Shown here: positions 1 through 12,732 of the stretch, in pieces
How the letters are laid out: every line of letters begins with the position of its first letter
Numbering within the stretch: position 1 is the first letter of the stretch
Source: Octopus sinensis
Lineage: Eukaryota
DNA: 64,000 bases
Direction: 5' to 3'
NCBI RefSeq assembly: GCF_006345805.1
Contig: NC_043011.1
Coordinates: 3,100,001-3,164,000, forward strand
Program-made: the position numbers and the translations under genes
Notes under the pieces: generated by a model
The model's input: the letters and a program-made list of their open reading frames with translations, nothing else
Database searches by the model: none
Told to the model about the DNA's origin: nothing

Positions 1-99
1 GTTTTGGGGACAAACATAACATCTAATACCATTTCCAAACTGATAACTCAGATTCAAACTATGCAACAAAACCATACAACACAAAAATTATTTGGTAAT

Positions 100-287
100 G
101 TGTATGTATGTATATATACATACATATATATATATCTGCATGTATATATATAAATATATATATGCATGTATATAATATATATATATATGCATGTATGTAT
201 ATAAATATATATATATATATATGCATGCATATATATATAAATATATATATATATATGCATGTAAATAAATATATATATATATGCATG

Positions 288-325
<38 letters not shown>

Positions 326-378
326 AATATATATATAAATATATATATATATATGCATGTATATATATAAATATATAT
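100..378. repeat. (AT)n microsatellite with interspersed GCATGT units
   Basis: Direct reading; explains the I/Y-rich ORFs 54-414. Confidence 0.95.
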
Positions 379-610
379 GGTGCAAAAAAAAAACATGAGG
401 TGAAAGAATAGCAAGGAAGGTGTTTTAGGTTTATGCTCAGGAAAAGTGGAAGAACTCTTTCACATTTTTAGTCTACAGTCTTCTAAAGAAAGGATAGATG
501 AGACGAGAGAAAAGATGGAGAGAAAAAAAATGTCTGAAATAAATGGTCAAACCACACATACACAGATACATATGAGTACTACCAGATTACTTGAATCCAT
601 ATATTGTGAC

Positions 611-647
<37 letters not shown>

Positions 648-932
648 TATATATAAATATATATATATATATATGCATGTATATATATAAATATATATAT
701 GGTGCAAAAAAAAAACATGAGGTGAAAGAATAGCAAGGAAGGTGTTTTAGGTTTATGCTCAGGAAAAGTGGAAGAACTCTTTCACATTTTTAGTCTACAG
801 TCTTCTAAAGAAAGGATAGATGAGACGAGAGAAAAGATGGAGAGAAAAAAAATGTCTGAAATAAATGGTCAAACCACACATACACAGATACATATGAGTA
901 CTACCAGATTACTTGAATCCATATATTGTGAC

Positions 933-975
<43 letters not shown>
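350..975. repeat. 322-bp direct tandem duplication of a Penelope-LTR-like fragment, bounded by (AT)n
   Basis: ggtgcaaaaaaaaaacatgagg...gtgacttgaat starts at 379 and again at 701; ORFs 446 and 768 are identical. Confidence 0.95.
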
Positions 976-976
<1 letters not shown>

Positions 977-1069
977 ATGATGATGATGATGGTGATGATG
1001 ATAGGCATACATGTTCACTCATGCACAAGCGAAGCATAAATGCGTGCATACACACATATTTGTGCAGAA

Positions 1070-2740
1070 ATATATAGCAAAAGAACAATACGACAATAAT
1101 TAAAACAAGATTTAATTTAAGGAAATATGAAAGATTTCCTGACATGCTTGGGTTGAGTCCTCTATGACAGTTCTTAACCATTTCTCAAACAGTAGTGTTC
1201 CAGTGCAACCAAATACATATTTTGAGACACTTGGTGTTGAAATCGTCAACATTTACAGAATATACTTTTTAAAAGTTCATTGTTAGTTCTTAATTCAAAA
1301 ATTACTAATAATGGTGCTGTTTATATTCTGAACCCAGTTATTTTTGCATCATAACTTCTTCACAGAGTTGAATACAACAAAGATTGCTTTGGTTGATTTT
1401 CAAAGAATGCTGAATCTTAGTTCATCTCTGTTCTCTGCATTTTCTGCCTTGTTTTCATGAGGAGGGATTTTATAGTCATTTGGAAGTAATTGTTCTTCCT
1501 CTGTTTTAATTGTTTCACATTCAGTTTTCTTTATCAGAGATTTTTATCCTTTCTTCCGTTCATATTTTAATCTGCTTTTGTTTCTTCCCCATTACATAAA
1601 AAAGATATGGTACTGCAGTTTGGTACCGTTAGAAGGAAAGGTATTTGCTCATCAATTTGTGATTCTGGATATGAAGATATTTTCTTTGCTATCTGCAGGT
1701 GGTGTTCTGCAAACAGATTTAGAGTTCTAATTGTTGTTGCTGTTGCTTTCCATTATTTTCATTTTCCTTGTTTCTGCTTAATCTTTCCAGTTCTTCATGG
1801 CATTCAAGAATAAGGGGACAAACACAACAACGGTGTTTTTATACCTTATAACATCAAACTTGTGCTTTTGTCTTGGTGCCTTCTCCTAGGAACAGTTACA
1901 GTATGGATTAGTAACTCTCGAGTGTCATTAGGACTTGCAAATCTATTTTGACAATTTCTGGCCACATTTTACCTTTCTTTAAGCCTGCTTAAATCAATTC
2001 CCCGTATCACAACACAAAAGTCCCTGTGAGCCATAGGTCGATGTTGTCTTCAATGTATTGTGACTCTTGTGTCTTCCACCCATGCCAAACACAAATGTAT
2101 AATTTGAGGTGTACCCAGTCTTGGATTTCTTTTTTTCAATTTTAAAAGTAAAGCAAATAGAACTAAAGCTCTTGCTTTTATCGTTTGCGATGATTTCTCC
2201 CCAAATGGCTTGGAGAGTTTGTTGTACTACTTGGCATCAAGGGAAATTAATCTGCCATCTTCTAACTTTGCAATTTCCTGGATTATTTCCAGCAGCAAAG
2301 AAATGCAGTTAGATGATACAAAATTCTACCCTCTACATTCTATTTTCTTGTAACTGAGGTAGGTTAAAAACTTTCTTCCTATAAAATGGAACTGAAGCAA
2401 GGTTTCTCTTCTCAAAGCTACTATATGAATGAGCCGTATTATCTGGAATTGTATAAGAGTTGCTGGTATTTTGTTGTTGTTGCTGTCTTTGAAATTTCTT
2501 TATTGAATACTTAAAGCATTTTCTTCCCTTAATTGTTCTTTTCTTCTCTTCCTTTAGCTGTGTGTTTTGATTTTGTTTGTATTTTAGCCACTGTAGTGTT
2601 TTTACTGTGCATCATAAATATGTGTAGTAGCTGTTTTGGATGTGAAAAGCTAATATGCATAAATAGAATTCTAAAAGTTTTTGAAAGAAACCTTTTTTTG
2701 TTTTTCTGTCAAACCTCTGAGTATCAAAAGATGTGACTCC
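1070..2740 (-). mobile_element. Degenerate R4/Dong-like non-LTR retrotransposon fragment (pre-RT region)
   Basis: Minus-strand frames are K/E/Q-rich and interrupted, e.g. EKWLRTVIEDSTQ, resembling the N-terminal part of R4-clade ORFs. Heavily decayed. Confidence 0.4.
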
Positions 2741-2914
2741 TTGTGAAATTATAGGCCCTTTAGAAGTTCTCTTTGGAAAATTTAATTTGGTAATGCTAAA
2801 ATAAAATGCATTTTGAAGGGAAAATGAAAAAAAGTAAGTCTTAACACTGATGGAGTCAATATGATGAAGATAATGATAATGATGATAATAATGATGATGG
2901 TAATGAAGATAATG

Positions 2915-3197
2915 ATCATCATCATCATTTAACGTCCGTTCTCCATGCTAGCATGGGTTGGACGGTTCAACTGGGGTCTGGGAAGCCAGAAGGCTGCACC
3001 AGGCTCCAGTCTGAACTGGCAGTGTTTCTACAGCTGGATGCCCTTCCTAACGCCAACCACTCCGTGAGTGTAGTGGGTGCTTTTTACATGTCACTGGCAC
3101 AGGTGCCAGGCGAGGCTGGCAATGGCCATGATTGGATTGGTGCTTTTTACGTGCCACCAGCATGGAAGCCAGTCAAGGCATGCTGGCATCGGCCACA
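2915..3197 (-). mobile_element. RTE LINE 3' end copy with (GAT)n tail
   Basis: Reverse complement of the 3' UTR at 58730-59040. Confidence 0.9.
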
Positions 3198-3824
3198 TGA
3201 TAATGATGATGGTGATGATGATGATGACAACGATGATGATGACGACAATGACGATGATGATGATGATGATAATGATGTTGACAATGGTGTGGTAGTGATG
3301 GCAGTGAAAGTGTTGCTGTCACAGTTATTGTTTACAGTGTCTGGTCTAACTGTGAGGCTAGGCCTATAAAAATTATTTGAACAAGGATGTACTCTATGTA
3401 GGAATAAATATGCTACATACTATATCATATTAAAATATAGAAAGCATTTTGGCAATACAGGTTTTGTTATTTAACCCTTGGTCAGTGCTTTCCAAACAGA
3501 TTTATAATTCAAAACAAGCATTCTACTAGTGATCATTTCATTTTCCTTGGACTGCCCTTTCTTAGTAGAGTTTACAATATTTTGTATTGGCATTGAAAAG
3601 GCTTTGTTCCCATGATGTTTTCCTGATGGATAATATTTCCCATATTATTTCCCACTATTTCTTATATTATTGAGAGGAAGCTGGAATTCATGGATGAATA
3701 TTTTACAAGCTTATTTCTAAATGTTGCAATTACAATGAATCTGCTTCTGAAAAGAGACAACAGAAAATGTAACAATATACTGGCTTACTTACCAAGGTAA
3801 TGATATCATTTTCAAATGTGAATA

Positions 3825-4220
3825 GGTGCAGGCATGGCTGTGCAGTAAGAAACTTACTTGCTTTCCACGTGGTTCCAGGTTCTGTCCTACTGCATGGCAC
3901 CTTGGGCAAGTGTCTTCTACAATAACCCTGGGCTGACCAAAATCTTGTGAGTGTATTTCATAGACAGAAACTGAAAGAAGCCCATTATATATGTGTGTGT
4001 GTGTGTGTGTTTGTGTCAGTGGTTGTTCACCACCATTGCTTGAGAACTAGTGATGGTATGTTTACATCTCCTTAACTTAACAATTCAGCAAAAGAGATTG
4101 ATAGAATAAGTACCAGGCTTAAAAAGAAGTACAGGGGTTGATTCATGCGACTAAAATACTTCAAGGCAGTACCCCAGCATGGCCACAGTCTAATAGTTGA
4201 AACAAGTAAACGATAAAAGA
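3825..4220 (+). mobile_element. tRNA-headed SINE family A (diverged)
   Basis: Aligns by eye to 51112-51525 (ttgggcaagtgtcttcta, gaaactgaaagaagccc, ccagcatggcc). Confidence 0.85.
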
Positions 4221-4474
4221 AAAATAGTTCTTACGCCATGATAGAGATGTTGATTCTAACATTTAAAGTAAGGCAGTTCTACAAAGAAATAGGACATTTC
4301 TCATTTTCTCCAAAGGTAGGAACTGCTTGAAATATTAGAATTCATATTTCTGTTCTGGCACACAAACTAATTTATAATGAGCCTGTAAGGGTACCTTTTT
4401 GAGGGCAACCATATCACCCTCAAACTACACCCTACTATTGTGGTGCACCTAAGCACTGTATACAATAATTTCAT

Positions 4475-4716
4475 TCATCATCATCATCATCATCATTTAA
4501 TGTCCGTTCTCCATAATAGCATGGGTTGGACAATTCGACCGGGGATCTGGGAAGCCAGAAGGCTGCACCAGGCTCCAGTCTGATCTGGCAGTGTTTCTAC
4601 AGCTGGATGCCCTTCCTAACGCCAAGCACTCCGTGAGTGTAGTGGGTGCTTTTTATGTGCCACCGACACAGGTGCCAGGGGAGGCTGGCAACGGCCACGA
4701 TCGGATTGGTGCTTTT
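4475..4716 (-). mobile_element. RTE LINE 3' end copy
   Basis: Matches 2915-3197 and the reverse of 58860-59040. Confidence 0.9.
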
Positions 4717-5642
4717 TATTATTATATATTTAGAAAAAAACAAACACATTGGATAAATACATTATGTATGAAAAAGACTTGATGGTCATGGTTGAAATGT
4801 CTTTGATGAAAAGCTTGCTCGATCAGTACTTGTGTGGGTTTTACAAGAACAAAACTAATAACGGCAGCAATCATTTCATAACTGCCACAGTCCTTGCCTA
4901 GTTCTCTCAGTCTATAATTTTATATATACTAACATTCTCTTGAACATATCTAAATGATATAAACTGCAGAATATAACAAATTATTCATCAGAAAAATGCT
5001 GTAAAAGGAATAATGATTATGAAACATTACTATTATAAAAACTGCTTAAAGAATTTATTAATATATTTGGCAGCCATTAAATAGCTGTCACTTGTTGCTG
5101 CTAATTCTTTAAAGCGTCTGGAATTCTTTCAGCAAATGTCACGTAACAATTGTGATATATTCTACTCAATATTATAGTTCTCTTTAAGGGCATCTTATCA
5201 TGAATAGTAAGTGTGCAATTTCAAATCTACCTCTTCCTGTCTAGTTCTGTTCATTCTGTGCCAAATGTGAATGCTTCTGTCCATTTACAGTATCTACTGA
5301 AGAATAAAGCTAATAAGATGAACCAATTTTCTTATACTCTGTCGCCACAATAATGAATGGAACCAAATGACTACATTACCGGCAACATCTATTCACACAC
5401 ACACACACACATACACACACACAAGACAGCTTTAAACTTCTCCCTTATTGCCATGCAAAAATCATTCTCATTTCCATTATAAAACAAACAATCATTCCTT
5501 TTTAAAGTAGCTGTGGGAAATTCTTGACTATAATTATTGTGCTATACACACATACGTGCATGCATACATACACACAAACACACATACATATACATGCGTA
5601 CATGCATACTCACATACACACATATACATGAATGTGTGTATG

Positions 5643-5671
<29 letters not shown>

Positions 5672-5673
<2 letters not shown>

Positions 5674-5957
5674 CATCTTCATCATCATTTAGAGTCCGTT
5701 TTCCATGCTAGCATGGGTTGGACGGTTCAACTGGGGTCTGTGAAGCCGGAAGGCTTCATCAGGCCCAGTCAGATCTGGCAGTGTTTCTATGGCTGGATGC
5801 CCTTCTTAATGCCAACCACTCCATGAATGTAGTGGGTGCTTTTTACGTGCCACCCACACAGGTGCCAGACAGAGCTGGCAAACGGCCACAAACAGATGGT
5901 GCTTTTACGAGGCGAGGCTGGCAGCGGACACGAACGGATGGTGCTTTTATGTGCCAA
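5672..5957 (-). mobile_element. RTE LINE 3' end copy
   Basis: Same family as above. Confidence 0.9.
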
Positions 5958-5963
5958 GATGTT

Positions 5964-6305
5964 GGAGGTACAATGGCCTAGTGGTTAGGACAGTGGACTT
6001 GTGATCGTGGGATCACTGTTTCGCTTTCCAGACTAGGTATTGTGAGTATTTACACCTAAAGCTCCACGAGGCTCCAGCAGGGGGTGATGCCAAACCCTGC
6101 TGTACTCTTTCCCCACAACTTTCTTTCACTTTTTTTTTCCTGGTTCTGTTGTACCTGTATTTCAAAGGGCCAGCCTTGTCACACACTGTTTCATGCTGAA
6201 TCTCACCGAGAACTACGTTATGAGTACACATGTCTGTGGAGTGCTCAGCTACTTACACATTCGGATCAACTGGAAACCTCGTCGTTGTAACCGACGGAGT
6301 GCCAC
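5964..6305 (+). mobile_element. tRNA-headed SINE family B1
   Basis: Aligns to 56060-56442. Confidence 0.85.
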
Positions 6306-6420
6306 AACATTATATAGATAGATAAGTAGATAAATGCATATGTATATGCATATACATAAACATATATGCATATGCATATATATATGTACATGTATGTGTG
6401 TACATATGTATATATATATA

Positions 6421-6461
<41 letters not shown>

Positions 6462-6574
6462 AATATATTATGTATGATGTATGTTTGACTATACATATAT
6501 GTAAATGCGTATATATACATATGTAATATGTGAATATATATGTGCATGGATAGATATGTGTGTGTGTGCATACA

Positions 6575-6605
<31 letters not shown>

Positions 6606-6981
6606 AACAGACACAGACACACATATGTATAGTCATATATCTTACAATATCATGCAGACCTAAGGTCTGCTTGATATTCTTTTTATCATTTTTAATCATT
6701 CCATGTAGAGAAAGAATTATTATGCCAGCCAAACTTATATTATCCATACCATTTAACCTTCATTTATTGCTTTCATTGTATAAATATTCCATTTGTTCCT
6801 ATTGATTTTTTTTTTATTTATTTTCCTGTTCAATATTTGAACCTCCCCAGCATGAATTCCTTCCTTTTTATCTCCCATCAGAGACTAATTCTTGTCTTTA
6901 TTTATATTCCTCTTCTAAAATAAATGAACTTAACATATTTCTCAGACTATATTCAAATGACTATTTTAAAAGCTGACTGCT

Positions 6982-7209
6982 TTAACCCTTTAGTGTTTAA
7001 ACTGGCCATACCAGGCCAAAATTGTCTTCCTGTTTTATGTTCAAACCAGCCAGCTCTGACCTCTCCCACCTACCCTACAAAGTCATTCTAAAAATAAACA
7101 GGGACATCATCAAAATCTCAGAATTACAAGATGCTGTACAATTGATTTAAAACAATGTGATTAAACAGGCTTTACATTTGACAGAGTAATCTGTATGTTA
7201 AAGGGTTAA
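6982..7209. mobile_element. piggyBac-type MITE
   Basis: TTAA|CCCTTTA...TAAAGGG|TTAA: TTAA target duplication (6982-6985, 7206-7209) and CCCTTTA terminal inverted repeat. Confidence 0.75.
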
Positions 7210-7559
7210 ATACTAACGGCCAGGCACGGTTGCATTGTTAAGAAGTTAATTTCATAGCCACATAGGACTTGGTTTGATCCTACTGAGTGACAATTCAAGA
7301 ATGTGTCTTCTAGAAAATCTTATAGATTCTGCAGGTGGGAAATTCCTCTCCAAGTCGCAGTTCTGGGTAAGGTTTCTTCAGTAAAAGACAAGCTGTCACC
7401 CATGCAGGCAATTCACTATTCACACCATTGATAGTAACCAAGAGAAAAGCAAGACCAATATAATTTAGCACAAGTGTTCATGCAGATGTTGCTGTTAGAA
7501 TGCTGAAGCAAGTGCAAGACATCCCATCTAGTACTCTAACTTCCATAATTCATGGCTCT

Positions 7560-7633
7560 GTATTAACAATTCTATTGTTGTTATTATTACTACTACTACT
7601 ACTACTACTACTACTACAACAACAACAACAACA

Positions 7634-7665
<32 letters not shown>

Positions 7666-7746
7666 CACCACAACTACTACTACTACTACTATTATTATTA
7701 TTATTGTTATTATTATCATTATTTTTATTATTAATATTATTATCAC

Positions 7747-7777
<31 letters not shown>
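7560..7777. repeat. Compound triplet microsatellite (TAC/CAA/CAC/TTA)
   Basis: Direct reading. Confidence 0.95.
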
Positions 7778-8314
7778 GAGTGAGAGAGCAGTGCATGCCA
7801 TCAAAGTGACACTGGGGTAAAATATACGAAGCCCAATATACCCATCATGACTACATGTCTGATAAGGGTACACCAGGCACATGCATCACAACCATATGTG
7901 TGCGACATGGTGATCTCATATCAAGATAAACAGCACATGACCTTGGAGGTGGGGCCCAGTTAGAATTTTCTTCAGGTTGAGTAGCCCATCCCGCTCAAAA
8001 GGTCCCTGAATAAGGGTTGTTTAAGGATGTTGAAAGAACCACCCATGTTTCCAGAGGTGACTTATTCAAACCCCAAAGAATCCCTCTCAACACATGGCTA
8101 TGATGCTACCCCACTACTTCTGCTCATGATCAGAGATGCACATATCGTCAGCCACTAAGGGACATGCTCAACTGGTTAAGGTCAAACAACTGACAAGCAA
8201 ATCTGTGGTATTGAGCAGAATATTTGCTGTAGCCCATCTTTTAAACCAAGACAAAACAATGTACATGATAACACTTCCAATCAGTTAAGATCAGAAGCCA
8301 TGAGAGCCACTGCC

Positions 8315-8316
<2 letters not shown>
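7778..8316 (-). mobile_element. Unclassified ~540-bp (AAT)n-tailed retroposon, family D
   Basis: Recurs at 8964-9482 and 30033-30375, always abutting (TTA)n at the same end. Confidence 0.85.
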
Positions 8317-8368
<52 letters not shown>

Positions 8369-8915
8369 CATTATTATTCAGTAGTCTTATTTTTATAACT
8401 TGCTTTCACTGCACTACTGAGCACAGCTCTGTATGCTTTGGGTATATGCTGTAGTTTGTTATGATGTTTTTATTTTTACTGTATTGAAAGTGTTTTAAGT
8501 AGGATGTGCCTAGTATATAGTATAATAGCCTAGTAGTGCTATGTTCTCTATGTTATATATACTTATTAGTCCTGATTTTTTTCTTATGTATTTGTCTGAA
8601 TATTTTTTATCATACCTAATGTGCCTACTACAATTGGAATTGTTTCTGTTTTTAGATGCCACATTCGAGATCTTTGTATTTTGAAGGTTTCTCCATTTCA
8701 TTTAGAGAAATATTGTCATCTGTTGGTATTGATACATCGATTAGAAAGCACTTTTTTCTTGATGATCTCTGACAACTATATCCAGCCTATGGCCATAATT
8801 TCTCTATCTGTGTGTATTGGCATATCTTAAAGTATGGCTGCTTTCTTATTTTCTGTGATCTGTTCTGTTGTGTGCCTATACCATCTTTTTTCTGTTGTTA
8901 TTCCATAGTGTTAGC
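8317..8915 (-). mobile_element. 5'-truncated R4/Dong LINE 3' end (REL endonuclease plus UTR) with (AAT)n tail
   Basis: Reverse complement matches 24450-25040. Confidence 0.9.
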
Positions 8916-8932
8916 ATAGCTTATTATTATTA

Positions 8933-8963
<31 letters not shown>

Positions 8964-8964
<1 letters not shown>

Positions 8965-9482
8965 GAGTGAGAGAGCAGCGCATGTCCTCAAAGTGACACT
9001 GGGGTAAAATATACGATGCCCAGTATAGTCATCATGACTACCCGTCTGATAAGGGTACACCAGGCACATGCATCACAACTAAATGTGCATGACATGGTGA
9101 TCTCATATCAAGATAAACAGTACATGACCTTGCAGGTGGGGGCCAGTTAGAATTTTCTTCAGGTTGAGTAGCCCATCCCACTCAAAAGGTCTCTGAATAA
9201 GGTTTGTTTAAGGATGTTGAACAAAACATCCTGGTTTCCAGAAATTAAATATTCAAACCCCAAAGAACTCTTCTCAGTACATGGCTATGATGCTCCCCCA
9301 CTACTTCTGCTCATGATCAGAAATGCACGTCATTAGCCACGAAGGGACATGCTCAACTGGTTATGGTCAAACAAGTGACAAGCAAATCTCTAACATTGAG
9401 CAGAATATTTGCTGTTACCCATCTTTTGCACCAGACAAAACATGTACGTGATAACACTTCCAATCAGATAAGAAGCCATGGA
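8964..9482 (-). mobile_element. Family D copy 2
   Basis: High similarity to 7778-8300. Confidence 0.85.
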
Positions 9483-9604
9483 ATCCTTTGCTTGACATTG
9501 CATCAGGTCATTTTCATTATATGCAAACCCCAACACTGTCTGTCTTCGTATCATCCCCCTCATTCATTTATTTTTCAAATAAGTGAAATCATTGTTATTA
9601 TTAC

Positions 9605-9663
<59 letters not shown>

Positions 9664-9666
<3 letters not shown>

Positions 9667-9862
9667 CTATCTCCGCCTTAGTGAAGGCGCAGGTATTGTT
9701 TTCAGTCGTGTTTGTTTGTTTGTCTGTGGACAAGATATCTCAGGAACCGATGGATGCATTCAGATGAAACTTTAAGGGATGTTTGGCCTCGTGACTGGCA
9801 CAAACTGATTAGATTTTGGATTGATCCAGCACCGGACAAGGATTTTGGATTATTTGTTAGAT
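9664..9862. mobile_element. HINE/DINE-1-like (Helentron-associated) element, 5' part
   Basis: atctccgcc...ggcgcaggt hairpin followed by gtttgtttgtttgtctgt and gatatctca...gatgaaactt, the layout I recall for HINE-type elements. Confidence 0.55.
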
Positions 9863-10239
9863 TTACTTTACTTTACATGAAGTATTACAATCTTATGTTG
9901 ACTTTCAAGTCGTTCTGTGATTATCTCCCTTGAAAGCATACTCATGGTTTCCATGTAAGTTATGGTGGCGTGGCTGTTTCCAAAGTTTTATTTGCATTTC
10001 TCTATTATTAATTTTACTCACGTCTCTTTCTTAGCAGAAACTGATGGATAAAGAAATCAAACAACATAAACAAATGGCAACAAAACCGTTCAGAAATTAA
10101 GTAACAGTAACACGTTCAGTAACAATAATAATTTATCCTCGCCAATTTTCAGTTTTACCTGTTTTGAATATACCACTCCTGTTTAAAACCTCTTATCTAC
10201 TTGACAGTTGCATTTCTAGCTTTGACTTGAAGTAAGCTT

Positions 10240-10400
10240 GTGTAACGATGTTGTTAAACCCCTATTAACAGCACAATATGCAGGTCCTTTCCATTTTCTT
10301 TCGCACATGGAAAAATTTTTCACTATAGACCTTAATGGCCATAAAGATGCTCTATCGGTGGATAGACTAAAAAAAGGCTTTCATAGAGAAAACTGTCCCT
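10240..10400 (+). mobile_element. Gypsy/Ty3 integrase C-terminal (GPY/F) fragment
   Basis: VKPLLTAQYAGPFHFLSHMEKFFTIDLNGHKDALSVDRLKKGF resembles the PPYxGPF...VSIDRLKP motif. Confidence 0.75.
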
Positions 10401-10486
10401 GTTCCTACTGCAGACAACACACACACAGCATTACAAACACAGCCCACACACTCACCTTCTCTTTCCACGACTACCATTGGGATCGA

Positions 10487-10650
10487 TCAGGTACTGGACA
10501 AGAATTCTGGATTATTTTTCCAGTTTCTTTTACTTAATTTCTGAGAGTGATTGGGTTCATTTTTAGTATTCTTGTTTGTGAGAGCAGTAGAGTTTATTTC
10601 AGATATTCTCATTTTAAAAGTCATCTCTGATTAATTGTTCAGAGGATGTT
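10487..10650. mobile_element. Continuation or second copy of the 9664 element
   Basis: gggatcgatcaggtactggacaagaattctggattattt repeats 9822-9859. Confidence 0.55.
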
Positions 10651-10689
10651 GTTGTCTCTAAGTACTTTTGTTATTCTCTTCTTCTTCTT

Positions 10690-11009
10690 CTTCTTATTAT
10701 TATTATTAATATTAATATTATTATTATTATTATTATTAATATTATTATCATTATTATTATTATTATTATTATTCAGTAGTTTTATTTTTTTAGCGTGCTT
10801 TCACTTCACTACCGAGCGCAGCTCTGTGTGCCTTGGGTATGTGCTGTGATTTGTTGTGATGCTCTGATGGTTATTGTATGGAAAGTGTTCTGCGTAGGAT
10901 GTGTGCAGTGCCTAGTAGTGCAATTTTCTGTATGTTATATGTGTTTGTAAGTCCTGGTGTTTTTGTTATGTATTTGTCTGAATATTTATTATTATTATTA
11001 TTATTATTA

Positions 11010-11043
<34 letters not shown>
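10690..11043 (-). mobile_element. Short R4/Dong 3' end embedded in (TTA)n on both sides
   Basis: 10771-10985 is the reverse of about 24780-24997. Confidence 0.9.
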
Positions 11044-11044
<1 letters not shown>

Positions 11045-11045
<1 letters not shown>

Positions 11046-11405
11046 CATTGAGGTTGACTCTTTGCCTTTCATCCTTTTATGGTCAATAAAATAGTACCAG
11101 TCAAGCACCAGGGTCAGTGTAATTGACTTACTCACTCGCACATAATTCCTGACTTTGTACCAAAATTGGAAACTTTTATTATAATAATAATAATTATTAT
11201 TATTATTATTATTATGGTGGTGAGCTGGGAGAATTGTTAGCATGCCAGGTAAAATGCTTAGCAATATTTTGGTCGCTTTCACATTCTGAGTTCAAATTCT
11301 GCTGTTGTCAACGTCGCCATTCATCCTTTGGGTCGATAAAATAAGTACCAGTTGAATACTGGGGTTGATGTGAAAATTTCAGGCCTTGTGCCTTTAGTAG
11401 AAAAG
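11045..11405 (+). mobile_element. SINE family C fragments (two)
   Basis: gagttcaaatt...ttcatccttt...gataaaataagtaccagtt; reverse of 62447-62678. Confidence 0.75.
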
Positions 11406-11539
11406 ATAACTATTACTACTACTATACAATGAACCAGTGATTAGCCTAAAGGTAACTTGTAACCAATAATTCTATTGTTTACTAAATGTGAAATAAAATA
11501 CTTAAAATAATACTAAATCTACTATGCTTTTCTAAACAT

Positions 11540-11790
11540 ACTGGGTTTCCTTAGCTCTCTCAAGGGCAGCCTATATAAAAAGGAACCTCTACTGAGCAGC
11601 TTCATTAGTAAGAAATAGGGACCGTATCTCTTTGAAATTACACACTACCACCTTAATAAAGGAAGGATACATTGAATAATATAGTTTTGTGTGTGTGTGC
11701 ATGTGTGTGCATGTAAAAAAGATTGAGACACCTATGATTACAGATCATTCAGCCAACATTTACTGGGTCTAAGCAACAGAAATAACAACA
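11540..11790 (+). repeat. Unclassified interspersed repeat family E (also ~25330-25540, 36490-36710, 40760-40920 rc, 42300-42430 rc)
   Basis: Shared motif of type ctagaaatagcagccaaatc...aaatcacacc...aaaggaagg...tagtcctaga; diverged, aligned by eye. Confidence 0.45.
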
Positions 11791-12732
11791 AAAAATCCCA
11801 CTTATTTGTCATATAGTCAAAGTTATATCAGGAAGATTCAGTTTCCTTTCAAGGACTAGAAATTATCTCCACTTTATAAGATGCTAGCCAAATTCCTAAT
11901 TTCTGACTCCAAATAAAAACTGGCTGATTAGAAAAATCTTCACTCACCAACTACAATCTCTTGCACACAAACAGTATCTTCTCTTCTCTTTTTCAGCTAT
12001 AATGGCAACAGGTGTCACTCCTCTAAGTTTGTTCACTGTGTAACACTCCTACTCATCTCTTCCCTTTTATGCTCACTGGTTTCATACTCCTTAGATCTTG
12101 CAGTTAACCCAAAGATTTTCCTTTCCAACATTGTATCTACCGGCAATAAAAGCCTTGAGTATATTTTCTCTTAGCTGCTGACTATAAAATGTTGAAAATT
12201 AGAATTAGTTATAACTTTAAACAAATAACAATATTTTAATAAATATATTTACCCATACTTAACTATAGTTTTTCATGTGAATGACATTGTTGAGAAATTA
12301 AACTCAGTGTTAGTTATTTCTAAAAATATAACTTTCAACACCTTTTTTCCGCATCAAGTCCTACTTAGTGATTGTCTTCCGGTATGTTTGTTGAAATGGT
12401 TAGCACAACTATAGTCATTAAGCTAATATTTCTCATTACAATTTTCCTGTAGGCTGATCACTGCTTCTTAGTGCATTAACTACAATCAGCTTTATTCAAC
12501 AGTTACAGCTTACCCAACTTCTTTTCATCACCAGTCTGGGAGGCAAGGAAAACTTCCTATCACTCCACAAGTAAGCAAAAACGTTTGTTAATTTAATGTG
12601 TTATCACAGCTAGCAGTGGTCAATCATTCAACACTCAGGTATCTGTTTACAATTGGCTGAACTGTATGATACAGATGTCAGCAACAAGAAATGGCAAACT
12701 TCCACACGTCTAAGAAAGGTGAAATAAGATTT

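Noticed and set aside
1070-11043. Minus-strand bias of LINE-derived insertions at the left end as evidence for a + host gene
   Set aside because: Few independent events, partly explained by microsatellite targeting, and the bias reverses at 18-25 kb.
12453-12640. Possible + exons around donor caa|gtaagc at 12571
   Set aside because: The best acceptor gives stops in all frames, the next intron would be only ~38 nt, and no homology was recognised.
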